From contig NC_086097.1 in assembly GCF_963921235.1 (NCBI RefSeq), positions 191,086,001 through 191,150,000 of the forward strand: a stretch of DNA of 64,000 nucleotides. The letters run 5' to 3'. Below, piece by piece: positions 11,995-24,601 of the stretch. How positions within the stretch are numbered: the stretch's first letter is position 1; each line of letters opens with the position of its first letter. The stretch is from Mobula hypostoma. Lineage: Eukaryota. A program made the translations under genes and the position numbers. The notes beneath the pieces are model-generated. The model searched no databases, had not been told where the DNA came from, and saw only the letters and a program-made list of their open reading frames with translations.

Positions 11995-12580
11995 TAGCCA
12001 GGAGAGGTAGTGAGGATAAACTCCCATGCCTACTAAATGCTCTTAATAGTGTATGTCTCAAATAGCCTCTGACAACCAAGTCCAGCTCCTGGCCTTTGCG
12101 GGTGGCTTAGTTACCAAGCCCAGTGGAATTGTTTCTACTGACAGGGGAAGGGGCAAAGATGGGTTACTGCTGTCTTTAAACCTGTTGCTTCAAACAAATG
12201 GGGCTTGTCAGCCATGGTTGCAGCTCATCTAGGAGAAAAAAATTCTGATCTCAAACTTGCGCGCCTTGCAGCTAAACTCACTCATGGAGAAGGTTTCGGG
12301 AGTAAACCCTGAGAGAACAATCCAGAACTGGAGTTCCTATGGCAGTCCTACATTGAGTTCAACATTGACCAGCAACTCCTGCGATGCTGTTGGTGCCAAA
12401 TTGTATTGGTCCTGCACATTTCTTTGGATTCATCAGCTGCATGGAGAGAGGGAGCCTGCTACATGGGCAACAGCTTGCTTTCCATATCACACTGCCCTGG
12501 CTTCTGTCCTGGCTTGCATATCACATAGACAGCTGGGATACCACATCCATGATTGAACCTGACCAATGGAGGTCCTCAAA
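11995..12580 (+). mobile_element. Probable RTE-clade LINE 5' UTR or RTE-derived non-autonomous element
   Basis: Resemblance of CAGCTCATCTAGGAGAA...CTGATCTCAAAC...GGGAGTAAACCC to RTE 5' leaders, from recall only; no ORF. Confidence 0.45.
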
Positions 12581-13634
12581 TCTATCCACTTCTCTCATCG
12601 ACATATTGTCTCAGTTTTCTTTTTGTTTCTCCATAACCTGGCCTACTGAGCATGTCCCACAGCCTCACTAATTTCAATATATTTCATAGATAACAAGGCT
12701 TTGTGTGTCAGTAACTGCTCCCATTAAACAGTTTGGACTTGCCCTATCAGAGTTATTCCCTAGGTTCTGCAGATCTGCAACCTTCCTCCCACTTTTCTGT
12801 CCTGAAAATCAAGTAGTTTCTTCCCCCCCCCCCCCCAATTCTGGCAAATGTATCAGACCCAAAACTGTTTCTCATTTCACTTATGCAGCTGGACTTGTTA
12901 AGCTGCCCCAGAATGGACATGACAAGCCTTTCACCAGAAATGCTAGCCTTCCCTGGACACCCCATCACCCCTGTGCATGTTAGATCATACTAATTATCAT
13001 TACCAAGCTGATAGGTAACCATTGGGAAATTGATTCAGATAGTCCTTGGTTCATAAACATTTCTTCAGCATCATTCATCCTTCTCTGACAGAACCTTGGC
13101 ATTAACTAGAGTGATTAACTGTTAAAGGTACAATCTTTGTCCTGCACTTTACACTCACAGCAAACCCCACTGAGTGTCAGCAGTTATATCCATTTAAATG
13201 GTCCCGACTGCTCTACTGATACTCTCCACATTATTCAATGTCAGGTCTAGGCTCAGCTTTCCTGAGATAGCATTGCTGGATCTCACATTATTTTATTTTC
13301 TTGTCTTTCTGAGAAATACTTAAAACGTGCAGTGAGGAGAAAAAGTGCACCTCATGTAATCTGCAAACCTGACTCATTTGTTAAACATTTTCTTTCAACC
13401 TCATTTTATAGGAACATTCCTATTGAGCATAACATTGGTGAAAACAACAGAAATGAATGAAAAGATAGTTGCAACTATTATAAGAGCTCAAAAGAACCTA
13501 GACACCAACAAAAAGAAAGAGAATGAGTTCAGAAATAATTGGAAATTGACATTTGAATAGTCTTTTCTGTACATACAACCTCAAACACATAAGGTTTGGG
13601 AAGTGATGTCAATTCAAGTTTATTTGGAGAAATT

Positions 13635-14136
13635 TCTGAAATGCCTGCTTCGCTGCCACTGCTACTGTGCGATTGAGAATCTCCGGAGGGAAGGCCCCAA
13701 ATCCCCGGCCTTACTGGTTGCCGGGGCCGGGGTCGAAGCGCTCGGCGGGGATGGTGCTCGGTGCATCAGTGTCAGGGAGCTGGTTGGAGGCTCGGAGTTT
13801 TCGGACGGACTCGGAGTTGGACTGTGGTCGGATGCTTCTAGGATGCTGCATCAGCAATTTTGCAGATCTGGAGGTTTACCGTCTGCGTGAGATGATGGCA
13901 CTTTGGAGAGACTTTGAGACTGTACCATGCCCATGGTCTGTTCTTATCAAATTATGGTACTGCTTTGCACTGTTGTAACTATATGTTATACTCATGTGGT
14001 TTTTGTCAGTTTTTCAGTCTTAGTTTGTCATGTGTTTCTGTAATATCATTCTGGAAAAACATTGTATCATTTCTTAATGCATGCATTACTAAATGACAAT
14101 AAAAGAGGACTGTGTGTCCTCATGATCTAATCTAAT
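13635..14136 (+). mobile_element. Non-autonomous retroposon with GC-rich 5' part and (ATCTA)n tail
   Basis: CpG-rich head in AT-rich context, AATAAA followed by ATCTAATCTAAT tail. Confidence 0.45.
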
Positions 14137-14619
14137 AAAATGTATATAGAAATGAGACAATGTTTCTCCGAACTAGGGTGTAAAGCACAGTTGCATACAA
14201 ACACACATAACACATGTTAACTTGTGAAGGTAAGGGTAAAATCTACAGATGAATCAAACATAAATAACAAACTAAAGTGTACTGATAATAAATATTGTAA
14301 GGTACAGAACAGATTAACCAGTGACACTTTGAATATGATGTGGCAGGGAGTTCAGAACTGGTGGAAGAAACTGTATCTCATCTTAATCATTCTTGTTTTC
14401 TACTGCCTGATGGTAGAAAGGATGCTGGAAGGATGGGTGGATCTTTAATAATACCACAGGCCCTGCGATAAATGTCCTCGATGGATGGTAGGGAGACCCC
14501 TGAGATCCTCTTAGCTGTTCTCACAGTCCGTTGTAGGGACTTCTGGGCCGATACTCAACTTTTCTCATACCAGATGAAGATCAGTAGTGGAGGAGTTCAA
14601 GATGGCAAACTGTAGAGTT

Positions 14620-15835
14620 TTTTTTTACAAGGAGGAGTCACAACAAGATTGGGCTGAAAATGGGCTGCCAGCTTGGCTATAGATCAGGCAGTGAGCTCCC
14701 TGCAATTGAGAGACATAATCAGTAACCCATGCCTGGGATAGCAAGGCCTTTGTTCCAATGATGGGGGAGTGCAATTTCAAGGGATAGCAGGGACATGGTC
14801 CAGGCAAAAGTACAGAACCATGAGGATGAAAGGAGGTTATCGAAGGTAGTGGAGTTGGGGTCACAGGGCGCCTGGAGAAAATAGGATCTTCCCAAGCACA
14901 AGATCACTTGGGCAGAGCTTTGGAGACTAGAACCCTTCTGTGTTTCTTTCCTTCAGGGGTCCATGCATGACGATCTCGCTACACTATCACAGCTGCACAC
15001 ATGGGGGCTGAGAGAGCACCCTAACTACAAGCTTTGTTGTCAGCAGGGTTCACTGGCACATGTACGCTCAGGATGCAAAACAGCTTCAACACAGGATTGT
15101 ATAGGTGGTGCCACAACAAGGTCCTGCTCTCTCTTGCTGACACATTGCGGTGGGAGAGGTGTAAAAAGAGACCAGCTGGCAAAGAGGCAAACAGGGCAAT
15201 CATTTTCATCAAGGAGAGGGCCATTCCAGTCATATCAAAGAGGCCTAAATCCAATCTTCTGCAACTACTAAATCATGGGAGATATGGGTCTATGTAGGGA
15301 GGAAGCTGCAGTTCCTGGAGGTGGTGCAAGCCACACTTTGACCAAACATAGTACTGTGGTTCACCAACGACAAGAAAATCATCTTGGTGGAGCTCACAGT
15401 ACCATGGGAGGAAGGATGTGAGGAGGCTCACAAGTGGAAGGCCCTGAAGTGCCAGTCCTTAGTCGAGGAGTGTAGGAACAAAGGATGGCAGACATGCCTA
15501 ATCCCCATGGAAATTGGCTGCAGAGGGTTCCCAGCAAGGTCAGCATGGAGGTTATTGTCTGCACTGGGCCTTGAAGGAAGAATAATAACTAAGTAGTTTG
15601 CAGGATGGGGAGGAAGCAGAAAGAGCCTCTTGCTGGATATGAAGCAGGTGAGACGAGTTGAACTGGAAGTCAGGAGCAGATGGGCAGTGACTTGGCCACC
15701 ATGTTGACCCGCCAGCTGGAGAGTGTAGTGGTTAAGGGTTCAAACACTTTATGAAGGGTGGGCACCACTTGACGACATTTGTTCCATGGCCAAAGGCTAC
15801 AGTTACCTCATTAGGTAACTGAAGAAAGCACCCCA
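14620..15835 (+). mobile_element. HERO-type non-LTR retrotransposon, C-terminal zinc finger and restriction-like endonuclease, decayed
   Basis: YRWCHNKVL, VELTVPWEEGCEEAH...PMEIGCRGF, EAERAS motifs. Confidence 0.82.
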
Positions 15836-15844
15836 GTGTATGAT

Positions 15845-16330
15845 ACAAGTAGGAGCAGAATTAGGCCATTTGTCCCATCAAGTCTGCTCTGCCATTTCAT
15901 CATGGCTGATCCAATTTTCCTTTCAGCTCTAATCTCCTGCCTTCTACCTGTCACCCTTCATGCCCTGACCAATGGAGAATTTATCAACCTCAGCCTTAAA
16001 TATACATCAAGACTTGACCTCCACAGCTGCCTGTGGCAAATAATTCCACAGATTCACCACTCTCTGGCTAAAGAAATTCCTCCTCATCTCTGTTCTAAAA
16101 GGACACCCCTCTATTCTAAGGCCATGTCCTCTGATCTTTGACTCTCCTACCACAGGAAACCTCCTCTCCACATCCATGCTATCAAGGCTGTTCACTATTC
16201 AATAGGTTTCAATGAGGTCAACCTTCATTCTTCTGAATTCCAGTGAATACAGGCCCAGAGCCATCATAAGCACTTCAAAGGACAAGTCATTCAATCCTGG
16301 AATCATTTTTGTGAACCTACTTTAAACCCT
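15845..16330 (-). mobile_element. CR1 LINE 3' fragment
   Basis: RGHGLRIEG..FRTEMRRNFFSQRVVNLWN. Confidence 0.85.
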
Positions 16331-16334
16331 CTCT

Positions 16335-17850
16335 GGTTATATTCCAGTTGGCTTTGTGGAACAATCTATGTTCCAAACCTATTCTGGTATCTGTCCCCTA
16401 CTTTTCCTTCGCTACAACGACGAACGCATTGGCGCTGCTTCCTGCATGCACGCTGATCTCATTGACTTCATTAACTTTGCCTCCAACTTTCACCCTGCCC
16501 TCAAGTTTACCTGGTCCATTTCCGACACCTCCCTCCCCTTTCTAGATCTTTCTGTCTCTATCTCTGGAGAGAACTTATCTACTGATGTCTACTATAAGCC
16601 TCCTGACTCTCGCTATCTGGACTATTCCTCTTCTTACCCTGTCTCTTGCAAAAATGCCATCCCCTTCTCACAATTCCTCCGTCTCCGCCGCATCTGCTCT
16701 CAGGATGAGGCTTTTCATTCCAGGATGAGGGAGAGGTCCTCCTTTTTTAAAGAAAGGGGCTTCCCTTCCTCCACCATCAACTCTGCTCTCAAATGCATCT
16801 CCCCCATTTCACACACATCTGCTCTCACTCCATCCTCCCGCCACCCCACAAGGAATAGGGTTCACCTCGTCCTCATCTACCACCCTACCAGCCTCCACAT
16901 CCAACATATTATTCTCCGTAACTTCCGCCATCTCCAACGGGATCCCACCAATAAGCACATCTTTCCCTCCCCCCCCACCCCGCTTTCTGCAGGGTTCGCT
17001 CCCTACGTGACTCCCTTGTCCATTCGTCCCTCCCATCCCTTCCCACCGATCTCCCTCCCGGCACTTATCCTTGTAAGCGGAACAAGTGCTACACATGCCC
17101 TTACACTTCCTCCCTTACCACCATTCAGGGCCCCAGACAGTCCTTCCAGGTGAGGCGACACTTCACCTGTGAGTCGGCTGGGGTGATATACTGCGTCCTG
17201 TGCTCCCGATGTGGCCTTCTATATATTGACGAGACCCAACGCAGACTGGGAGATCGTTTTGCTGAACACCTATGCTCTGTCCGCCAGAGAAAGCAGGATC
17301 TCCTAGTGACCACACATTTTAATTCCACGTCCCATTCCCATTCTCATCTACTGTAAAGATGAAGCCACACTCAGGTTGGAGGAACAACACCTTATATTCC
17401 GTCTGGGTAGCCTCCAACCTGATGGCATGAACATTGACTTGTCTAACTTCCGCTAATGCCCCACCTCCCCCTCGTACCCCATCCGTTATTTATTTATATA
17501 CACACATTCTTTCTCTCTCTCTCCTTTTTGTCCCTCTGACTATACCCCTTGCTCATCCTCTGGGTTTTTCTCCCCCCCCCACCCCTTTTCCTTCCCTCTG
17601 GGCCTCCTGTCCCATGATCCTCTCATATCCCTTTTGCCAAATACCTGTCCAGCTCCTGGCTCCATCCCTCCCCCTCCCACTTTCAAATCTCTTACTAGCT
17701 CTTCTTTCAGTTAGTCCTGATGAAGGGTCTCAGCCCGAAATGTCGACTGTACCTCTTCCTAGAGATGCTGCCTGGCCTGCTGCGTTCACTAGCAACTTTG
17801 ATGTGTGTTGCTTGAATTTCCAGCATCTGCAGAATTCCTCATGTTTGCTT
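16335..17850 (+). mobile_element. Penelope-like element: RT C-terminus, GIY-YIG endonuclease and terminal repeat
   Basis: FLRYND, LPFLDLSV, TDVYYKP, IPFSQFLRLRRICS; GVIYCVLCSRCGLLYIDETQRRLGDRFAEH. Confidence 0.92.
17711..17750 (+). ncRNA. Minimal hammerhead ribozyme motif in the Penelope terminal repeat (stem III variant)
   Basis: AGTC-CTGATGA-A-GGGT-CTCA-GCCC-GAAA-T-GTC-GACT: core boxes, stem II and stem I present. Confidence 0.7.
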
Positions 17851-17889
17851 GTTATATTCTAGTCCTCTTGAAATAAATGCTAACATATA

Positions 17890-18305
17890 TGGAGGTGTTA
17901 CTAGAAAGGACTGGAAAATCTGCAGAGCATTCTAAGCTCAGCCTACTCCATCATAGGCACTGACCCCCCACTATCGAGGACATCTTCAAAAGGTGATGCC
18001 TCAGAAGGGCGAAGTTCATCTCTAAGGACCCACATCACCCAGGATGTGCCATCTTCTCATTGTTACCATCAAAGTGGAGGTACAGGAGACTGAAGAGAGG
18101 CACTCAATGTTTTAGGAACAGCTTCTTTGCCACTGCCATCTGATTTTTGGAACAGAAAATGAACTCATGAACACTACCTCGCTACTTTTGCTCTCTTTTT
18201 GCACTAATTTATATTTTAATATATTTTATTGTAATTCGTAGTATACTTTATGTATCGTACTGTTCTGCTGCTGCAAAACAATGAATTCCACAATGTATGT
18301 TAATA
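17890..18305 (+). mobile_element. Rex1/Babar-type 3' fragment
   Basis: Homologous to 6960-7200 (KDPHHPG, F.NSFF..AI). Confidence 0.65.
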
Positions 18306-18367
18306 ATATAATACTTAAACCTAAAGAAAGAAATATTTTAAGAACTTCTATATATTTGCATCAATAA

Positions 18368-19060
18368 ACAAGAAATTCTGCAGATGCTGGAAATCCAAAG
18401 CAACACACACAAAATGCTGTAAGAACTCAGCAAGTCACCTTCACTCAGTGCCCCAAGCAGTCCTTCCAAGTGAGGCGACCCTTTACCTGCACATCTGCTG
18501 AGGTGATCGCCTGTATCCAGTTCTCCAATATGGCTTCCTTTACATTGGTGAGACCCTTTGTAAATTGGGAGACCACTTTGTCTATCTGCTGAAAGTGATA
18601 TTTCCCAGCGGTCAACTGTTTAAACTGTTATTCGTGTTCCCGTTCTGACATGATGGTCTGTAGCCTCCTCTTGTGCCACGAGGAGGCCACTCTCAGGGTG
18701 GAGGAGCAACCCCTTGTATTCTGTCTGGGTAGCTAACAACCTGATGTCATGTACATTGATTTCTCCTTCTGGAAAAAGTTTATTTTCCCTCTATCTCCCC
18801 TTGGTGCCCCTCTTTCTTCCATTTCTCCCCTAGGTCCACTGTCCTGTCCGATCAGATTCCTTCTTCTCCAGCCCCTTTACATTTCCTACCCACCTGGATT
18901 CATCTATCACCTTCCAGCTATCTGCCTTCCCCTCCTCCCACAGTTTCTTTATTCTGACATTTTCCTTCTTCCTTTCCAGTCCTGAAGAAGGTTCTAGGCC
19001 CAAAATGTCAACTGTTTAATATTCTCCAGAGAAGCTGCCTGATCTGAGCTCCTCCAGCAT
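18368..19060 (+). mobile_element. Older Penelope-like fragment with inverted terminal-repeat piece at its 5' end
   Basis: 18368-18437 is the reverse complement of the terminal repeat; 18445-19060 carries decayed GIY-YIG sequence and a forward terminal repeat. Confidence 0.75.
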
Positions 19061-19067
19061 TGATTGT

Positions 19068-19099
19068 GGGTGTGTGTGCGTGCGTGTGTGTGTGTGTGT

Positions 19100-19136
<37 letters not shown>
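19068..19136. repeat. (GT)n microsatellite
   Basis: Direct inspection. Confidence 0.98.
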
Positions 19137-19139
<3 letters not shown>

Positions 19140-20769
19140 ATTTGTATCAGTATTCAAAATGAATTTAATTACTTTCTGTACATCTTTTGCCAGCTTGCTG
19201 ATATGTAACTTTCAAAAATACCTTTTGATTTATCTTCAACTACCAAGACTTTGTTATTTTCCAATATTTTAAAGCACTTTCAATTCAGATTCAATTACAA
19301 ACTTTTGTTTTAGTGTTCACTATCTTTAACCTTCTTTAACACATCATTGCAGAGACTGTACTGATTATATTGTCTAATTGGAAAATATCACATTTTGGAC
19401 CAATTTTATTATTGTTTTCAATTTATTAGCTTGCCAGCTATCTCCTATTGCATTCAGGACAAGGAATTAGATTTCTTCTTTTGCAGTAGTTTTGGGATTG
19501 TACAAGCAAACAAATTGCATGAGATTATTTGCCTTGAAATGAATCAAAATTAGTTTATTTGTTCACAATACAGCTTTTTTTCTGCAGTATATTAATTGGT
19601 CCTCTTTTTCATTCCTCATCTCTTTCAAACTCAGACCTGATCCGAAATGAACCCTTCACTATTCTCCTTTTGAATACCATTAGAAATGTTTTGCAATGTT
19701 CAATGTCACTTTCCATTATTCAAGCTGAAGATGCCCTAAAGAGTACCAGTTATGTGTATCCACTCAGAAAATACACTATTGTAGTATAAATTCATCACAC
19801 AGAGAGCAATGTTTGATAATGTGTTCATAAGTCAACTGAATGTATGAATAAGACAACCTCTGCATTAATCTAGCTGTTTTCATTAATGTGATTGTGCATG
19901 ATAAAACAAATTGATTCTCATTGCTCTAATTGACATTAATTTAGGCCTGGAATTTGTTTGACTGAAAAAAACAGATATGTCTGTCACAATATGATTTGAT
20001 AATTGTGGCCAAGTCAAAACTAACAGGATCCAGATCCTAGTAATTGGCTTTATTGCTATTGTTAAGCTATTGTTATTGTATTATTAAATGCATGTGGGGA
20101 AAAAATCAAAATATGGTTATTTTGTCCAACATTGACACCACAATTTGATTCTCATTTACAGTTATCACTAAGGATTTATGTAACCCATGTTAACTAAACC
20201 AAAGATGTAATGTTATGGCTATAATGAGCAGCAGCTTTAGCGAGAGAATACCGGCAGAGAAGAATGTCCAAAATCCCTACCATGCAGTCGGGGATTAGTT
20301 CTACAAAATCATACCAAGCATTTGGTCAAGTTTGTGAATTGACTTTCTGTGGATGATAAACTATTTCATTCCAGCAAGCCACCCAAGATGAAGAGCCAAC
20401 ACAGGAAGGAAATGTATTATGATGCAAAGGACTTAATATTGTGACTGAATGAGATTTACTTTGTTTAAGAGTTGTGATGTTGGAAAATTGTCGTGAAAAG
20501 TGTTAAACTGTGTATATATAATTTTTGAATTTGTATTTTTGAATAGCTCAGACTCAGCAGAAAGCAGCTGATTGGGCAGTCGAGGTCAGGTGACCTAACA
20601 TTTTGAAAAGCTCAAACAGATAAATAGAGGGATAGCTCAAGCGAAGCGGCCAGTGGAAAGCGGCTAGTGAGTGAGTGGGCCGGTGAAGGAGTGGAGCTTT
20701 GAGGCTTTGACTCGAGAGGCTTCGACGAGAAGAGGCGGAGGACAAGCTAGCTTGCAGTTAGTTTTTACA

Positions 20770-21705
20770 ATGTCTTCTGAGACGGCGATGTTCCTCTCAG
20801 GTGCGATGTGCCAGTCTTGCACCCCTCTCCCGCAGAGTCACATCTGCCAGAAGTGCATACGGCTGGGCGATCTGGAAGACCGTGTAAGGAATCTGGAACA
20901 GCAGCTGGATGACCTTTGACTCATAAGGGAGAATGAGGCAGTCATAGATGAGAGCTACAGGGAGGTAGTCACACCTAGGCTGCCGGAAGCAGGTCGTTGG
21001 ATGACAGTCAGAGGAGGGAAAGCGAAGGTGAGCACACAGGTAGTACAGAGCACCCCTGTAGCCATTCCCCTGAATAATAAGTTTACCATCCTGGATACTG
21101 CTGGCGGAGACGACCAACCAGGTGTGAACCATGGTGGCAGGGTCTCCGGCACTGAGTCTGACCCTGTGGTGCAGAAGGGTGGGACAGAGAAGAGGAGAGC
21201 TGTTGTCATTGGAGACGCTATAGTCAGGGGAGCAGACAGCAGATCTTGTGGACGTGAGAAGGACACCTGCATGGTTTGTTGCCTCCCAGGTGCCAGGGTC
21301 CAGGATGTCTCTGACCGGGTGCACGACATCCTGGTATGAGAGGGAAAGCAACCAGAAGCCATAATACATGTTGGGACCAACGACATAGGCAGGAAGAGGG
21401 ATGAGGTCCTGAAGTGTGAGTTTCAGGAACTAGGCAGAAGGCTGAAGAACAGGACCTCAAGGGTGGCGTTCTCAGGATTGCTGCCAGTGCTACGTAACAG
21501 TGATGGTAAGAATTGGAGGAGATGGCAGTTGAATGCGTGGCTGAGGAGTTGGTGCAGGGAGCAGGGTTTTAGATTTTTAGATCATTGGGATCTCTTCTGG
21601 GGAAGGTGGGACCTGCACAGATTGGATGGGTTGCACCTGAACTCAAGGGGGAGCAATATCCTTGCAGGTAGGTTTGCTAGCATGGTTCGGGAGGGTTTAA
21701 TCTAA
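20770..21705 (+). pseudogene. CR1 ORF1 (zinc finger, leucine zipper, SGNH esterase) with in-frame stops
   Basis: HICQKC, LEDRVRNLEQQLDDL, VVIGDAIVRG, CCLPGARV, HVGTND, DGLHLN. Confidence 0.9.
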
Positions 21706-21709
21706 TTTG

Positions 21710-24601
21710 CGAGAGGGATGGGACCCAGAGCGATAGAGCAGTGAAAGAAGTGCATGGAGTAAAGCCAGATCTAACATACAGAGAGGCTTTGAGGAAAGAG
21801 AAGCAGAATAAAGGGTGTAAAGACAGTAAGGTAGAAGGGCTGAAATGTGTGTACCTCAATGCAAGAAGCATCAGGAACAAAACTGATGAACTGAGAGCTT
21901 GGATACATACATGGAATTAAGATGTAGTGGCCATTACAGAGACTTGGCTGGCACCAGGGCAGGAATGGATTCTCAATATTCCTGGATTTCAGAGCTTTAA
22001 AAGGGATAGAGAGGGCAGAAAAAGGGGAGGAGGGGTGGCATTACTGGTCATGGATACTATTACAGCTACAGAAAGGGTGGGTAATGTAGCAGGATCCTCT
22101 TTTGAGTCAATATGGGTGGAAGTCAGGAACAGGAATGGAGCAGTTACTTTATTGGGGGTATTCTATAGGCCCCCTGGTAGCAGCAGAGATACAGAGGAGC
22201 AGATTGGGAGGCAGAGTTTGGAAAGGTGCAAAAATAGCAGGGTTGTTATCATGGGTGACTTTAACTTCCCTAATATTGATTGGCACCTGATTAGCTCCAA
22301 GGGTTTAGATGGGGCAGAGTTTGTTAAGTGTGTCCAGGACGGATTCCTGTCACAGTATGTGGGCAGGCTGACCAGGGGGAATGCTATACTAGATCTAGTA
22401 CTAGGTAATGAACCGGGTCAGGTCACAGATCTCTGAGTATGTGAGCATCTGGGGGACAGCGACCACCGCTCCCTGGCCTTTAGCATTATCATGGAAAAGG
22501 ATAGAATCAGAGAGTACAGGAAAATTTTTAATTGGGGAAAGGCAAATTATGAGGCTATAAGGCTAGAACTTGCGGGTGTGAATTGGGATGATGTTTTTGC
22601 AGAGAAATGTACTATGGACATGTGGTCGATGTTTAGAGATCTCTTGCAGGATGTTAGGGATAAATTTGTCCCGGTGAGGAAGATAAAGAATGGTAGGGTG
22701 AAGGAACCATGGGTGACAAGTGAGGTGGAAAATCTAGTCAGGTGGAAGAAGGCAGCATACATGAGGTTTAGGAAGCAGGGATCAGATGGGTCTATTGAGG
22801 AATATAGGGAAGCAAGAAAGGAGCTTAAGAAGGGGCTGAGAAGAGCAAGAAGGGGGCATGAGAAAGCCTTGGTGAGTAGGGGAAAGGAAAACCCCAAGGC
22901 ATTCTTCAATTATGTGAAGAATAAAAGGATGACAGGAGTGAAGGTAGGACCGATTAGATATAAAGGTGGGAAGATGTGCCTGGAGGCTGTGAAAGTGAAT
23001 GATGTCCTCAATGAATACTTCTCTTCGGTATTCAACAATGGGAGGGAACTTGATGATAGTGAGGACAATTTGAGTGAGGTTGATGTTCTGGAACATGTTG
23101 ATATTAAGGGAGAGGAGGTGTTGGAGTTGTTAAAATACATTAGGACAGGTAAGTCCCCGGGGCCTGACGGAATATTCCCCAGGCTGATCCACGAGGCAAG
23201 AGAAGAGATTGCCGAGCCTCTGGCTGGGATCTTTATGCCCTCGTTATCCACGGGAATGGTACCGGAGGATTGGAGGGAAGCGAATGTCATCCCCTTGTTC
23301 AAAAAAGGTAGTAGGGATAGTCCGGGTAATTATAGACCAGTGAGCCTTACGTCTGTGGTGGGAAAGCTGTTGGAAAAGATTCTTAGAGATAGGATCTATA
23401 GGCATTTAGAGAATCATGGTCTGATCAGGGACAGTCAGCATGGCTTTGTGAAGGGCAGATCGTGTCTAACAAGCCTGATAGAGTTCTTTGAGGAGGTGAC
23501 CAGGCATATAGATGAGGGTAGTGCAGTGGATGTGATCTATATGGATTTTAGTGAGACATTTGACAAGGTTCCACACGGTAGGCTTATTCGGAAAGTTAGA
23601 AGGCAAGGGATCCAGGGAAGTTTGGCCGGGTGGATTCAGAATTGGCTTACCTGCAGAAGGCAGAGGGTGGTGGTGGAGGGAGTACATTCAGATTGGAGGA
23701 TTGTGACAGGTGGTGTCCCACAAGGATCTGTTCTGGGACCTCTACTTTTCATGATTTATATTAACGACCTGGATGCGGGGCTGGATGTGTGGGTTGGCAA
23801 GTTTGCACCACAAAGCTTGATGGTGTTGTAGATAGTGTAGAGGGTTGCCAAAGATTGCAGAGAGACATTGATAGGATGCACGAGTGGGCTGAGAAGTGAC
23901 AGATGGAGTTCAACCCGGAGAAGTGTGAGGTGGTACACTTTGGAAGGACAAACTCCAAGGCAGAATAGTGTGGAGGAGCAGAGGGATCTCGGGGTACATG
24001 TCCACAGATCCCTGAAAGTTGCCTCACAGGTGGATAGGGTAGTTAAAAAGCTTATGGGGTGTTAGCTTTCATAAGTCGAGGGATAGAGTTTAAGAGTCGC
24101 AATGTAATGATGCAGCTCTATAAAACTCTGGTTAGGCCACACTTGGAGTACTGTGTTCAGTTCTGGTCACCTCACTATAGGAAGGATGTGGAAGCATTGG
24201 AAAGGGTACAGAGGAGATTTACCAGGATGCTGCCTGGTTTAGAAAGTATGCATTATGATCAGAGATTAAGGGAGCTAGGGCTTTACTCTTTGGAGAGAAG
24301 GAGGATGAGAGGAGACATGATAGAGGTGTACAAGGTAATAAGAGGAATAGACAGAGTGGATAGCCAGCACCTCTTCCCCAGGGCACCACTACTCAATACA
24401 AGAGGACATGGCTTTAAGTTAAGGGGTGGGAAGTTCAAGGGGGATATTAGAGGAAGGTTTTTTACTCAGAGAGTGGTTGGTGCGTGGAATGCACTGCCTG
24501 AGTCAGTGGTGGCGGCAGATATACTCATGAAGTTTAAGACACTACTAGACAGGTATACGGAGGAATTTAAGGTGGAAGGTTATATGGGAGGCAGGGTTTG
24601 A
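21710..24601 (+). pseudogene. CR1 ORF2 (APE endonuclease and reverse transcriptase) with stops and frameshifts
   Basis: YLNARS, AITETW, MGDFN, KSPGPDG, NYRPVSLTS, GVPQGSVLGPLLF, LVRPHLEYC. Confidence 0.93.

Noticed and set aside
17434..17862. Recurrent ORF containing SPDEGSRPETSTVPLPRDAAWPAAFTSNF (also 38021-38302 and 61102-61335)
   Set aside because: It is a translation of the Penelope terminal repeat and hammerhead motif; recurrence reflects repeat copies, and start points differ.
19060..19272. Cys/Val-rich ORF
   Set aside because: Translation of a (GT)n microsatellite.
20797..21386. Long antisense ORFs over CR1 ORF1, and similar ones over the Gypsy genes
   Set aside because: Shadow frames of coding sequence with no recognisable motifs.
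22491..23831. 446-aa RT ORF as an active gene
   Set aside because: Part of CR1 ORF2 with upstream stops and a frameshift at the FADD motif.
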